Assembly: GCA_963759405.1 (NCBI GenBank)
Contig: CAVWZA010000019.1
Location: 73,703 to 137,702 of the forward strand
From: an uncultured Chloroflexia bacterium
Lineage (GTDB): Bacteria > Chloroflexota > Limnocylindria > QHBO01
Length of the DNA stretch: 64,000 nt
Direction: 5' to 3'
The position numbers and the translations under genes are program-made. A model generated the notes under the pieces. That model did not search any database, was not told the DNA's origin, and saw only the letters and a list, made by a program, of their open reading frames with translations. Position 1 is the stretch's first letter; every line of letters begins with the position of its first letter. Shown piece by piece: positions 30,570-41,252 of this stretch.

Positions 30570-30714
30570 GGGTTTCTCTCCGTGCGTGGTGTCTGGGCAC
30601 TCCTATCGCAGCCTGCGTGCCGCGATCGGCCGAGAACCGCCAAGCTGCCGAAAAATCGAGCCGGGAGGAGGTCGGATATACTCGGCTCAGCCCCACGGAG
30701 GTGGGCATACAGTG

Positions 30715-31437
30715 ATGTTTTTCGACCCGCTCTACATCGTCATCCTGGTGGTCACGTTGGGGATCACCGGATGGGCCGCGTGGCGCGTCAGATCAACCTA
30801 TGCAAAGTGGTCCAAGGTGGATTCGGGCATTAACGCCGACGCCTTCGACTTCGCACGCCGACTCCTGGATCGCCAGGGCCTGCAAGACGTCAAGATCGAG
30901 CCGACTCCCGGCCAGCTGACCGACCACTACGACCCCCGCGGCAAGGTGCTGCGGGTCAGCACCCAGGTGGCCGATGCCACGGCTCTCACCACCGCCGGCG
31001 TGGTGACCAGCGGACCTCGCCTGTCCGTGGCCGCCGCCGCCGTCATCGCCCACGAAGTGGGCCACGCCCTCCAGGACCACGCCGGCGACCCGGCCATGAA
31101 GCTTCGACAGGCGATCGTGCCCGCCGCACAGTTCGGCTCCGGCATCGCACCGTGGCTGATCCTCGCGGGCCTGTTCACCCAGATCACCGGGCTCGCCGTC
31201 ATCGGCCTGATCGGCTTCGCCGGCGCCGTCCTCTTCACCTTCGCCACGCTGCCGGTCGAGATCGGCGCATCGGGCAAGGCGCTCGCCTTCGTCAACGGGC
31301 TCGGCATGGTCGGCGAGAAGGAGACGGGCGCACGCGAGGTGCTCAAGGCAGCGGCCTGGACGTACGTGGCCGGCGCGCTCGCGGCGCTGCTGACCTTCCT
31401 GTACTACGCCTTCCTCATCTTCGGACGGCGTGACTGA
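30715..31437 (+). CDS. putative membrane zinc metallopeptidase (Zn_peptidase_2/YpfJ-like family)
   Basis: N-terminal TM helix, HEVGH zinc motif, C-terminal TM helices. ATG 9 nt after a GGAGGTGGG RBS. Confidence 0.7.
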   Translation: MFFDPLYIVILVVTLGITGWAAWRVRSTYAKWSKVDSGINADAFDFARRLLDRQGLQDVKIEPTPGQLTDHYDPRGKVLRVSTQVADATALTTAGVVTSGPRLSVAAAAVIAHEVGHALQDHAGDPAMKLRQAIVPAAQFGSGIAPWLILAGLFTQITGLAVIGLIGFAGAVLFTFATLPVEIGASGKALAFVNGLGMVGEKETGAREVLKAAAWTYVAGALAALLTFLYYAFLIFGRRD

Positions 31438-32587
31438 TTCTCTGGTGGGGGGCCTTCCCCTCGCCGGCCCCGCGCCGGCGATCAGCGAGATCGACTCCGC
31501 ATCGCTCGCCGCGTGGCTCTCCGCCCGCGGCGAGCCGGCGTACCGGGTGGCGCAGGTGCTGTCCGGTGCGCATCGGCCCGAGGCATCGGCCTTCGACGAC
31601 CTCACCGACCTGCCGGCTGCCGCTGCGCGCGGAGCTGGCGCAGGCGTTTCGCTTCAGCACGATCACCGACAGCCACGTGCTGGGCGCCGATGGCGGGCAT
31701 GACCGCCAAGGCGGTCCACGAGCTCGAGGACGGGCAGCGCATCGAATCGGTCCTGATGCGCTACGCGGCGCGCGGAACCATGTCCGAGCGCACCACCGTG
31801 TGCATCTCGTCGCAGGCCGGCTGCGCCGTGAATTGCCCGTTCTGCGCCACCGGCCAGGCCGGATTCGGCCGCCAGCTGAGTCCCGGCGAGATCGTCGACC
31901 AGGTCCTTCACTGGCATCGGCCGCCGTGGAACGCGCTCGGCGATGCAACGACGGGGCACTACAACATCGTGTTCATGGGGATGGGGGAGCCGCTCAACAA
32001 CGCCGATCGCGTGTTCGAGGCCGTCCGCCTCCTCAATGATCCCGAGCGGCTCGGGATCGGCGCGCGGCATATCACCGTCAGCACCTCGGGCGTGGTCCCG
32101 GGCATGGACCGCATGGTCGAGGAGCTGCCCCAGGTCAACCTGGCGATCAGCCTTCACGCGGCCGACGGACGAGCTCCGCGACGAGCTGGTGCCGATCAAC
32201 CGCAAGTGGCCGGTTCGTGAGGTGATCGCCGCCGGCCGGCGCTTCGCGGCGCGCACCGGTCGGCGAGTCAGCCTCGAGTACGTGATGATCGACGGGCTCA
32301 ACGACACCGAAGAGCAGGCCGATGGGCTGATCGAGCTCGCGCGCGGCTGGCGCTCGCACGTGAACCTGATCCCGCTCAACCCGACGCCGGGCTCGCGATG
32401 GAGCGGAACGCCGGCCGCCGGCATCGAGCGCTTCGTTCGCCGCCTGCGCGAGGGTGGCGTCTCGGTCACCGTCCGCGACACCCGCGGTCGGGAGATCGAC
32501 GCGGCCTGCGGTCAGCTCCACGCGCAGCTGATCGGGCGATCTCTGCGCGAGGCGCGAGAGGCGGCAGCGACGGCCCCGGCGTCGTGA
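31430..32587 (+). CDS. rlmN: 23S rRNA (adenine2503-C2)-methyltransferase RlmN (radical SAM), three 1-nt frameshifts (about 31620, 31697, 32167)
   Basis: Protein pieces lie in ORFs 31430, 31566, 31513 and 31943. Radical-SAM CxxxCxxC (CAVNCPFCATGQ), MGMGEPLNN, LAISLHAADDELRDELVPIN, C-terminal CGQL. Confidence 0.8.
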
Positions 32588-33285
32588 GCGCCGAGCCCCA
32601 GATCAGCGCCAGCATCCTCACCGCCGACTTCGCGCGCCTCGGCGACGAGGTGCGCCGTGCGGCGAACGGCGGCGTCGAGTCGGTCCACCTCGACGTGATG
32701 GACGGGCACTTCGTCGACAATCTCACCCTGGGGCCGGTCGTCGTGGGCGCCGTCCGGCCCGTCACCGACCTGCCGTTCCACACCCACCTGATGATCAGCA
32801 ACCCGCTCGCGTACGTTGAGCGCTTCGCCGATGCGGGGAGCGACCTGATCATCTTCCACGTCGAAGCCGATGACGACCCGGCGATCGTGATCGAGGCCAT
32901 CGAGCGAGCCGGCAAGCGCCCCGGGATGGCGCTGAACCCCGAGACCGCCGCCGAGGCGCTGCACCCGTACCTCGAACGGCTCGACCTCGTGCTCGTCATG
33001 ACGGTGCATCCCGGCTGGGGCGGGCAGCCGTTCATGGGCGAGGTGCTGCCGAAGCTATCGACGCTGCGTGACGAGATCGCCCGACGAGGCCTGGACCTGC
33101 CGATCGGGGTCGACGGGGGAGTCAACCTCGAGACGATCGGGGCGGCCCACGCCGCCGGGGGAGCGGTCCTCGTCACCGGCAGCTCCCTGTACAGTACGGA
33201 CGGCGACCTGGCGCCCACGGTCGCCGCTCTGCGGGCCGCCGCCCTCGCCCGCGTCGACGCCGGTCACCGCCCGGAAAGGACCTGA
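32584..33285 (+). CDS. rpe: ribulose-phosphate 3-epimerase
   Basis: ISASILTADFARLGDEV...LHLDVMDGHFV...HPGWGGQ. GTG overlapping the rlmN stop. Confidence 0.85.
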   Translation: MSAEPQISASILTADFARLGDEVRRAANGGVESVHLDVMDGHFVDNLTLGPVVVGAVRPVTDLPFHTHLMISNPLAYVERFADAGSDLIIFHVEADDDPAIVIEAIERAGKRPGMALNPETAAEALHPYLERLDLVLVMTVHPGWGGQPFMGEVLPKLSTLRDEIARRGLDLPIGVDGGVNLETIGAAHAAGGAVLVTGSSLYSTDGDLAPTVAALRAAALARVDAGHRPERT

Positions 33286-33341
33286 CGCTGCCGTCTCGCC
33301 GCTTCCTGCCACTCGGGCTCGTCAGCCTCGTCCTCCTCGCC

Positions 33342-34901
33342 GTGCTGGCTTCATGCAGCCAGGACGGTCTGCCGTTTCTCCCGACTCCGTCGCCCACGCC
33401 GGAGCAGCCGCGCGAGGTGACGCTCACCGTCGTCACGCGCGGCACGGAGGAGCCCGTGGCGAATGCCGAGATCCGTGCCGACGACGCTGCGGCCTTCACG
33501 GCCGCCGATGGCACGGCCACCATCACCGCCATGCGCGGGGCCGACGTCGAGGTGCAGGCCGAGGGCCACGACCTGACGACGGCGACGGTGCCCGACGAGG
33601 GCGAACTGGACGTCGAGATGCGCCCGAACACGGTGACCGGCGTGGTCACCGATCCGGACGGCACGCCGATCGCCGGTGTTCGTGTCTTCATGGACGGCAG
33701 CGAGCTGCTGACCGAGACCGACGAGGACGGTGCCTACGAGCTCGCCGGGCTGCCGGCGGACGGAGTCCTGATCTACAAGATGCCCGGCTACCGCCTGGTC
33801 GAGCTGACGGTTGGCGACGAGCTGGCGCGGGACATCACCATGGAGCCGTTCGAGGCCCGGGCGCTCTACGCGCCATCCGCCATCTTCGAGGGGCCCGGGC
33901 GGCTCGACGAGATGCTCAGCCTCCTGGACCGGACGGAGGCCAACGCGCTCGTCATCGACGTCAAGGAGACCGATGGGCGGCTCTACTACGCCACCGACCT
34001 GCCATCCGCCGTGGAGGTCGGGGCCGTCCGCGAGACGCCGGTCTTCGATCTCGAGGAGCTCCTGCCGATGCTCAAGGAGCGCGGCATCTACACGATCGCG
34101 CGGATGGTCAGCATGAAGGACAACACGTCAGCCCTTGCGCGTCCGGAGCTGGCGGTGCGGAACAGCGAAACCGGTGAGCCCTGGCGCGACAACATCGGCG
34201 GCGCATGGCTCGATCCGTCGGCGCCGGGGGTCGCCGAGTACCTCGCCAGCATCGCGGGCGACCTCGCCGACAAGGGCTTCGACGAGGTGCAGATGGACTA
34301 CATCCGCTTCTTCAGCGACGGTCCGTCCGCCGCGGCCGATACGAACCTGCCGAACACGCAGTCGTTCCGCCTGCCGGCGATCCAGCGTGTGCTGCGCGTG
34401 GTCAGCCAGGAGCTCGAGACGACGCGCACCTTCCTGGGCGCGGATGTCTTCCCGATCGCCTTCATCGTGCCCGACGACCAGGGCATCGGTCAGCGTCCGG
34501 AGGTGATCATGCCGTACGTCGACTACTTCTGCCCGATGGTCTATCCGTCTCACTACGGTCCGGGCGTGTTCGGGTTCGAGGTCCCGAACAACTACCCCTA
34601 CGAGGTCATCGACGAGACGCTCCAGATCATGAACCGCGAGAAGGAGGGGTTGCCGGTGGTGATCCGACCCTGGATCCAGGACTTCGGCTACGGGCCGTTC
34701 CCGCCCTACACCTCGGCGCAGGTGGAGGCCGAGATGACCGCTGCCGCCGACAACGGAGCGAAGGGCTGGATGATCTGGAACGCGCGCGCACTGTTCACCG
34801 AGTCGGCACTCGGCCCGCCGCGCGACGGCGAGGATGCCGCCCCGGTCATCCTGGACGAGCCCGCAGCGTCGTCCAGCGCAAGTCCGTCCGCTTCGCCCTG
34901 A
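33342..34901 (+). CDS. lipoprotein with putative glycoside-hydrolase-like (DUF4015/GHL) TIM-barrel domain; true start likely about 60 nt upstream
   Basis: The listed GTG start lies inside a lipoprotein signal peptide (…RRFLPLGLVSLVLLAVLASC, lipobox LASC). That peptide is open in frame back to about 33282 but has no ATG/GTG/TTG. Downstream domain has DVKETDGRLYY…DEVQMDYIRF…. Confidence 0.55.
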   Translation: MLASCSQDGLPFLPTPSPTPEQPREVTLTVVTRGTEEPVANAEIRADDAAAFTAADGTATITAMRGADVEVQAEGHDLTTATVPDEGELDVEMRPNTVTGVVTDPDGTPIAGVRVFMDGSELLTETDEDGAYELAGLPADGVLIYKMPGYRLVELTVGDELARDITMEPFEARALYAPSAIFEGPGRLDEMLSLLDRTEANALVIDVKETDGRLYYATDLPSAVEVGAVRETPVFDLEELLPMLKERGIYTIARMVSMKDNTSALARPELAVRNSETGEPWRDNIGGAWLDPSAPGVAEYLASIAGDLADKGFDEVQMDYIRFFSDGPSAAADTNLPNTQSFRLPAIQRVLRVVSQELETTRTFLGADVFPIAFIVPDDQGIGQRPEVIMPYVDYFCPMVYPSHYGPGVFGFEVPNNYPYEVIDETLQIMNREKEGLPVVIRPWIQDFGYGPFPPYTSAQVEAEMTAAADNGAKGWMIWNARALFTESALGPPRDGEDAAPVILDEPAASSSASPSASP

Positions 34902-34905
34902 ACCG

Positions 34906-35358
34906 ATGCGTCTCGTCGTTCAGCGCGTGACCCGCGCGTCCGTCCGCGCCGGAGAGGAGCTGCTCGGGGAGATCGGCAGCGGCGCGCTCGTGCTCGCCGG
35001 GATCGGGGTCGACGACACGGAGGAGATCGTCGATCGCATGGGCGACAAGCTGATCGGCATGCGCTATTTCGAGGACGACGACGGGCGGACCAACCTGGCA
35101 ATCGCCGACGCCGGCGGCGCGCTGTTGGTCGTGAGCCAGTTCACGCTCCTCGCCGACCTGCGACGCGGACGGCGTCCCGGCTTCACCGATGCGGCACCGC
35201 CCGAGCTCGCAATTCCGCTCATGGATCGCTTCGTCGAGCACCTGCGGTCAGCGGGCATCGCGGTGGAGACCGGCCGATTCGGCGCGGAGATGGCGGTGGA
35301 GCTCGTGAACGACGGCCCGTTCACGCTCGTCATCGATTCAGGGCGAGATCTCGGCTGA
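34906..35358 (+). CDS. dtd: D-aminoacyl-tRNA deacylase
   Basis: MRLVVQRVTRASV...SQFTL...NDGPFT are canonical Dtd motifs. Confidence 0.85.
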   Translation: MRLVVQRVTRASVRAGEELLGEIGSGALVLAGIGVDDTEEIVDRMGDKLIGMRYFEDDDGRTNLAIADAGGALLVVSQFTLLADLRRGRRPGFTDAAPPELAIPLMDRFVEHLRSAGIAVETGRFGAEMAVELVNDGPFTLVIDSGRDLG

Positions 35359-35412
35359 CACAGCGACGCCCGCGTCGGATGACGCGGGCGCATCGGTCTC
35401 AGGAGGGGAGGG

Positions 35413-35604
35413 TCAGACCTTCTGGGCGGTCCGACGGCAGCGGCTGCAGGCCTTGACCTTCGAGACCTTGCCGTCGGTGACGAGGGTCATCGGCTGAAGG
35501 TTGGGCAGCCATCGGCGCAGGGCGCGCTTGCGGTTCATCCCGACCGACTGGGGGTTCCAGCCGGTGATCGGGCGCTTGCCGCAGATGTCGCAGACGCGGG
35601 CCAT
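35413..35604 (-). CDS. rpmB: 50S ribosomal protein L28
   Basis: MARVCDICGKRPITGWNPQSVGMNRKRALRRWLPNLQ... Start taken at the internal Met of ORF 35413..35622. Confidence 0.8.
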   Translation of the reverse strand: MARVCDICGKRPITGWNPQSVGMNRKRALRRWLPNLQPMTLVTDGKVSKVKACSRCRRTAQKV

Positions 35605-35711
35605 GGTCGAATCGGACTCCATTCACAAAGGAAGCCGGGCGCGGGGCGCCGGGCGATCGGGATGGTAGCACGCTACGATCGGGCCATGCAATCGAGCCGA
35701 GCGGTCAGAGC

Positions 35712-37786
35712 GTGAGCGTCGCCGCACCGGACGAGCTCGATCAGACGATCCGGCGCGCGATGCCCGAGCTGGCCCGGGGAGCCGCCGCCCTCGGCAGGCT
35801 CGGCATCTCGACGGCTCGCGAGGCCCTCTGGTACCTCCCGTTCCGCTACGACGACTTCAGCGAGCTCCGTCCGCTGGGCGAGCTGGTGCCCGACGAGAAG
35901 CAGTCCGCGCGGGTGACCGTGTCGGCGATTCGCGTGGAGCCCGGCTTCGGCCGCAAGCCGCAGCGGGTGGTCGCCCAGCTCACCGACGACACCGGCAGCG
36001 CCGAGGCGATCTGGTTCGGCCGCCGATTCGTCGAGCGGCGGCTCCAGCAGGGCGACGAGGTGATCGTCTCGGGCAAGGTGACGCAACGGGGCTGGCGTCC
36101 GCAGTTCACGTCGCCGGAGTTCAGCCCGGTCGGTCGCGAGTCGGTGCACACCGCGCGCGTCGTCCCGGTCTACCACCTCACCGCCGGCGTGACCCAGAAA
36201 CGGCTCCGCGAGCTCCTGGCGCGAATCCTGGATCGCGCGCTGCCATCGGTGGTCGACCCACTGAGCGACGAGGAACGCCGGGGCCTGCCGGCGCTCGACG
36301 ACGCGCTGCGCACCGCGCACTTCCCCGAGGAGGCGGCGGACGTGACCGAGGCGCTCGACCGGCTGGCATTCGACGAGCTGCTCGCCCTGCAGCTGACGCT
36401 CGCGCAGGCGCGGGAAGCGCGCGCCGGCCTGCCGAGCGCCACGCATCGCGGTAGCCGATGCCGCCCGGGCCGAGATCATCGCGGCGCTGCCGTTCACCTT
36501 GACCGATGACCAGGAAGCGGCCGTCGCCGAGATCGTCGACGAGATCGCCGGCGAGCGACCGATGCGCCGCCTGCTGCAGGGCGACGTCGGCAGCGGCAAG
36601 ACCGCGGTCGCGGCCGTGGCGCTGGCAAGCGCCGTTCGCGCCGGATGGCAGGGGGCGCTGATGGCTCCGACCGAGATCCTGGCGCGGCAGCACCACGCCG
36701 GCCTGGCGCCATTGCTCGAGGGCCTCGGGGTGCGGGCAGAGTTCCTGTCCGGGTCCCTGCCCGCGGCGCGCAAGCGGGAGATCCACGATGCCATCGCGGC
36801 CGGCGCCGCGGAGATCGTGATCGGCACGCACGCGGTGATCAGCGAGGCGGTCGAATTCCCGCGACTCGGCCTGGTGATCGTCGACGAGCAGCACCGCTTC
36901 GGCGTCGGACAACGTGCGGCGCTGCAGGCGAAGGGGAGCGGCGGCGAGCCGCACGTGCTGGCGCTGACCGCCACCCCGATCCCGCGAACGCTGGCGCTCA
37001 GCGTCTACGGCGACCTGTCGATCAGCACGATCCGCCACCTGCCGCCCGGACGGCAGCCGGTCCGCACGGAGATCCGTGACCGTCGGGCCATGCCGAAGAT
37101 CGAGGCCTTCCTGGCAACCGAGGCGGCGGAGGGTCGCCAGGCCTTCGTGGTCGTGCCGCTCGTCGCCGAGTCGGACGCGCTGCAGGCGGCGAGTGCCGAG
37201 GCCGAGGCCGAGCGACTGCGAGCCGCGCTCCCGCAGCTGCGCATCGGGATCGTTCACGGCCAGCAGAAGGCCGACCTGCGCGACGCGGACGATGACCGCC
37301 TTCGCGGCCGGCGAGATGGACCTGCTCGTCGCCACGACCGTGATCGAGGTCGGGATCGACGTGCCCAACGCCAGCGTGATCGTGATCGAGGACGCCGAGC
37401 GGTTCGGCCTGGCCCAGCTGCACCAGCTGCGCGGGCGGGTCGGCCGCGGAACGCAGCGCTCCTTCTGCATCCTGCTCTCGGACGCGACCGACGACCTCGC
37501 CCTGCGCCGGCTCGAGGTGGTGCGCGGCTCGAACGACGGCTTCGCGATCGCCGAGGCCGATCTCGCGCTGCGCGGCGCCGGCAACCTGCTCGGCACCCGC
37601 CAGTCCGGGCTGCCGCCGCTCCGGGTGGCCTCCCTGTTCGATCCCCGGCACATCGAGCTCGCGCAGCGGGCGCGCGGGCTGGCCGACTCGATCGTCGCGG
37701 GGGATCCGTCGCTGGCACGCCGGCCGCTCCTGGCGCGGCTCCAGAGCGACTTCGCACCCGCCACCGAAGACGGCGACGCGGCCTGA
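35712..37786 (+). CDS. recG: ATP-dependent DNA helicase RecG, two 1-nt frameshifts (about 36440-36455 and about 37290)
   Basis: Wedge/OB N-terminus in frame 35712. Helicase motifs ([25 protein letters not shown]) in frame 36499. C-terminal helicase domain ([28 protein letters not shown]) in ORF 37076..37786. Confidence 0.85.
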
Positions 37787-38328
37787 TGCGGGTCATCGCC
37801 GGCGTTGCCGGCGGCCAGCCGCTGGTCGCGCCACGCGATCGCGGCACGCGCCCCATCACGGATCGGGTCAAGGAGACGCTGTTCGCGATCCTCGGCGAGC
37901 GCGTTCCTGATGCGCGGGTCCTCGACCTCTATGCCGGCAGCGGCGCGATCGGCATCGAGGCACTGTCGCGGGGCGCGGCCCACGCGACGTTCGTGGAGCA
38001 GGCGCGTCAGGCGCTCACCACCCTCCGCACCAACCTGGCGCGGACGCACCTGGCCGACCTGGCCACGGTCGAGCCGACCGACGTCGAACGGTTCCTTGCC
38101 GCGGGCGGCGGCGGGCCGTGGGACCTCGCCTTCCTCGATCCACCGTACGAGGTGCGTGCTATCGTGGCGCCGCTTCGCGCCCTCGAGCCGCACCTGGCTC
38201 CCGACGCGATGGTGGTGGTCAAGCACTTCTGGCGAACCGAGATCCCCGAGGTGGCCGGCCTGGAATCGGTTCGCCAGCGCAGGTTCGGCGAGACGATGCT
38301 CAGCTTTCTGGAGGCAGCAGGCCGATGA
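37787..38328 (+). CDS. rsmD: 16S rRNA (guanine966-N2)-methyltransferase RsmD
   Basis: [13 protein letters not shown]...TRPITDRVKETLFAIL...LDLYAGSGAIGIEALSRGA...FLDPPY. Read in the long 36499 frame after the recG stop (TGATG overlap). Confidence 0.8.
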
Positions 38329-38822
38329 CGCGAGTGGCGGTCTTTCCGGGCTCGTTCGACCCGATGACGAACGCCCATCTCGACGTGGCGCGACGCGCAT
38401 CGGGCCTGTTCGACCGGCTCGTGATCGGCGTGCTCAACAATCCGAAGAAGGCGCCGCTCTTCAGCATCGAGGAGCGGGTCGATCTGATCGTGCGGTCGGT
38501 GGCCGACCTCGGCTCGCACGTCAGCGTGGACGCGTTCGACGGCCTGACGGTCACCTTCGCACGCCGGCACGAGGCCGGCTTCATCGTTCGCGGCCTGCGC
38601 GCGGTGAGCGACTTCGAGGCGGAGCTGCAGATGGCATTGACGAACCGGAAGCTGGCTCCCGAGGTCGACACCACCTTCCTGATGACCGCGCTGGAGTACG
38701 GCTACGTGAGCTCGTCGCTGACCAAGGAAGTCGCACGCTTCGGCGGCGATATCAGCCCGATGGTTCCCGCCCCGGTTGCGGCCGCGCTCGCCGACCGACT
38801 CGCCTCGGGGCCGCGCGTATAA
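38325..38822 (+). CDS. coaD: phosphopantetheine adenylyltransferase
   Basis: VAVFPGSFDPMTNAHLDV...SSSLTKEV. ATG overlaps the rsmD stop (ATGA). Confidence 0.85.
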   Translation: MTRVAVFPGSFDPMTNAHLDVARRASGLFDRLVIGVLNNPKKAPLFSIEERVDLIVRSVADLGSHVSVDAFDGLTVTFARRHEAGFIVRGLRAVSDFEAELQMALTNRKLAPEVDTTFLMTALEYGYVSSSLTKEVARFGGDISPMVPAPVAAALADRLASGPRV

Positions 38823-38879
38823 TCGCGGCCAAGGAGGGTCACCACGGACATCATCTTCCTGGTCGAGCGGCTCGAATCG

Positions 38880-39378
38880 ATGGTGGCAGCGGGCAAGAAG
38901 CTGCCGCTCACGAACAACGTCGTGCTCGACCAGGCGACCGTACTCGAGCTGATCGACCAGCTCCGTGTGTCCGTGCCCGACGAGGTGCGCCAGGCCCGCC
39001 GCATCACCGAGGAGGCCGCACGCATTTCGGAGCGTGCTCGCGATGAGGGCGACGCCATCATCGGCCGTGCGCAGGAGCAGGCAGCGCAGATGCTGGAGGA
39101 GCGCGAGCTGGTCCGGGCGGCACAGCAGCGTGCCGGCGAGCTGCTCGAGCAGGCCCAGGCGGAGGCGCGCGAGGTCCGTCGCGGTGCCGACGAGTACGCC
39201 GCCGGGCGTCCTGATCCGGCTCGAGGGCGAATGCATCAAGGCCCTCACCAGCATCAAGCGCGGCATCGACATGCTCGATGAACGCCACCGACCGGCCACC
39301 AACGACGACGGCAATTCACCGTCCGGCGCGATCGTGGTGGATCCCGAGGAGCAGGCGCAGGCCGCGACCCGGCCGTGA
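38880..39378 (+). CDS. hypothetical coiled-coil protein (ATP-synthase-b-like / DUF), G-run +1 frameshift near 39213; possible upstream non-AUG start at about 38845
   Basis: ORFs 38880..39281 and 38965..39378 join as ...ADEYAAG|VLIRLEGECIKALTSIKRGIDMLDE... An AAGGAGG RBS sits at 38832-38838 with an in-frame ACG 6 nt downstream. Confidence 0.4.
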
Positions 39379-39914
39379 TCTCGTTCAACGTCGCCGGGCT
39401 CCTCCGTGAGCCGTCCGGCGCGATCCGCGACGCCCACCTCCGCGATCGGTACGTCACGCTCGGCCCGGACGTCGAGCTGGCGGGACCGCTGGATGCCGAC
39501 CTGCGCCTGCAGCGCACGAACCGCGGCATCATCGTGCGCGGCAGCGTCCGCGCGCCGTTGCGACGGACGTGCGCGCGCTGCACGGATGCCTACGTGGAGG
39601 ACGTGCGCGTCGAGGTCGAGGAGGAGTTCCTCCCGAGCATCGATCCCGTGAGCGGCGCCCCGATCCCGGTGGCTGAGGGAGAGGAGGAGGCGAGCCTGCG
39701 CATCGATGCCCACCACGAGATCGAGCTGGACTCGGTGCTGCACGACGAGCTCGCGCTCACCGAGCCGATGCACCCGCTCTGCCGGCCCGACTGCCCCGGC
39801 CTGTGCGTCGAGTGCGGCGGCCGGCTCGAGACCGGCGACCATGCTCACGGCGGAGACGAGATCGACCCGCGCCTCGCGGGACTGGCAACACTGCTCCGGG
39901 ACCGCAGCGAATAG
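39375..39914 (+). CDS. yceD: YceD/DUF177 family protein (large-subunit rRNA maturation factor), upstream partner of rpmF
   Basis: 179 aa with a C-terminal Cys cluster (CRPDCPGLCVECGGRL). Conserved position ahead of rpmF-plsX. Confidence 0.75.
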   Translation: MISFNVAGLLREPSGAIRDAHLRDRYVTLGPDVELAGPLDADLRLQRTNRGIIVRGSVRAPLRRTCARCTDAYVEDVRVEVEEEFLPSIDPVSGAPIPVAEGEEEASLRIDAHHEIELDSVLHDELALTEPMHPLCRPDCPGLCVECGGRLETGDHAHGGDEIDPRLAGLATLLRDRSE

Positions 39915-39985
39915 CGCCATTCGCCACTCCGCTGAGGGTGCGGCTATACTGCGGCGTCCCGTCACACATCGTTCAGGAGTTCCGC

Positions 39986-40189
39986 GTGGGCGTTCCCAAG
40001 CGAAAGGTATCCAAGGCGCGCCAGGGTGAGCGCCGCGCGCATCTCGCGATCAGCGCACCGCCGCTGGTCGAGTGCGACCATTGTCATGAGCTGAAGCGCG
40101 CACATCACGTCTGCCCGACCTGCGGCTGGTACGCGGGCCGTGAGGCGGTCGAGATCGAGCCGATCGCCCCGGTCGAAGGCCAGCGCTAA
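39986..40189 (+). CDS. rpmF: 50S ribosomal protein L32
   Basis: VGVPKRKVSKARQGERRAH... with a C-terminal CxxC...CxxC zinc ribbon. GTG 7 nt after an AGGAG RBS. Confidence 0.85.
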   Translation: MGVPKRKVSKARQGERRAHLAISAPPLVECDHCHELKRAHHVCPTCGWYAGREAVEIEPIAPVEGQR

Positions 40190-40194
40190 CAGCG

Positions 40195-41250
40195 ATGCGG
40201 ATCGCGGTCGACGCGATGGGAGGCGACCACGCCCCTCGCGAGATCGTCCGCGGCGCTATCGACTACGCACTGAAGAGCACCGACGAGATCAGTCTCGTCG
40301 GTGACGTGCCGCGCCTCGAGCGCGAGGTCGCCGCCTTCGGCAAGGGTCTGCCGCCCAACGTCCACTACGTGGATGCGCCCGAGGTGATCGAGATGACGGA
40401 CCATCCCGCCACCGCACTGCGCACCAAGCGACGCGCGTCGATCGTGGTCGCCACGGACCTCGTGCGCGACGGGAGCGCCGATGCGGTGGTCAGCGCCGGA
40501 TCGACCGGGGCGACGATGGCCGCGGCCGTGTTCCGCCTGGGGCGGATCGACGGCATCGACCGTCCGGCACTGCCGGCGCATCTCGTCACCGCGACGGGGC
40601 CGGTGATGTTGCTGGACGTGGGCGCCAACGTCGACTCCGACCCGGAGAACCTGGTGCAGTTCGCCGCCATGGGCGCGATCTTCGCCGAGCACGTGCTTCA
40701 CGTCAGCACGCCCCGAATCGGCTTGCTCAACATCGGTGAGGAGAGCGAGAAGGGGGACTCGCTGGCCCGTGAGGCCCACGCCAAGCTCGCCGCGCTCGAC
40801 CTCCATTTCGTTGGAAACGTCGAGGCCCACGACATGATCGCGCACCGAGCCGACGTGGTCGTGTGCGACGGGTTCGTGGGCAACGTCGTGATCAAGTTCT
40901 TCCAGGGCCTCACCAGCTACATCTTCCGAGCGCTCCGCGAGGACCTCCAGCAGGGGCCGCTCGCACCGCTCGCGCTCCTGGCGCTCAAGCCCGGCTTCGA
41001 CCGCTTGCGAGCCCGCTTCGACTACGAGAGCTATGGCGGCGCGCCACTGCTTGGGGTGAAGGGGGTCAGCATCGTCACGCACGGTCGGGCCGAGGCGCGG
41101 ATGATCGAGAATGCGATCCGGGTTGCATCCGAGTCGGCCGAGGCGCGCGTTCCCGAGCTGATCGAGCAATGGACACGCGAGCACCCGGCGCTCGCGCCTC
41201 GCGGCGTGCGATCGCGCATCGCCGCCCGGCTGCACCGGGATCGAGCCTGA
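40195..41250 (+). CDS. plsX: phosphate acyltransferase PlsX
   Basis: MRIAVDAMGGDHAP..., a full-length PlsX fold of 351 aa. Confidence 0.9.
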   Translation: MRIAVDAMGGDHAPREIVRGAIDYALKSTDEISLVGDVPRLEREVAAFGKGLPPNVHYVDAPEVIEMTDHPATALRTKRRASIVVATDLVRDGSADAVVSAGSTGATMAAAVFRLGRIDGIDRPALPAHLVTATGPVMLLDVGANVDSDPENLVQFAAMGAIFAEHVLHVSTPRIGLLNIGEESEKGDSLAREAHAKLAALDLHFVGNVEAHDMIAHRADVVVCDGFVGNVVIKFFQGLTSYIFRALREDLQQGPLAPLALLALKPGFDRLRARFDYESYGGAPLLGVKGVSIVTHGRAEARMIENAIRVASESAEARVPELIEQWTREHPALAPRGVRSRIAARLHRDRA

Positions 41251-41252
41251 CC

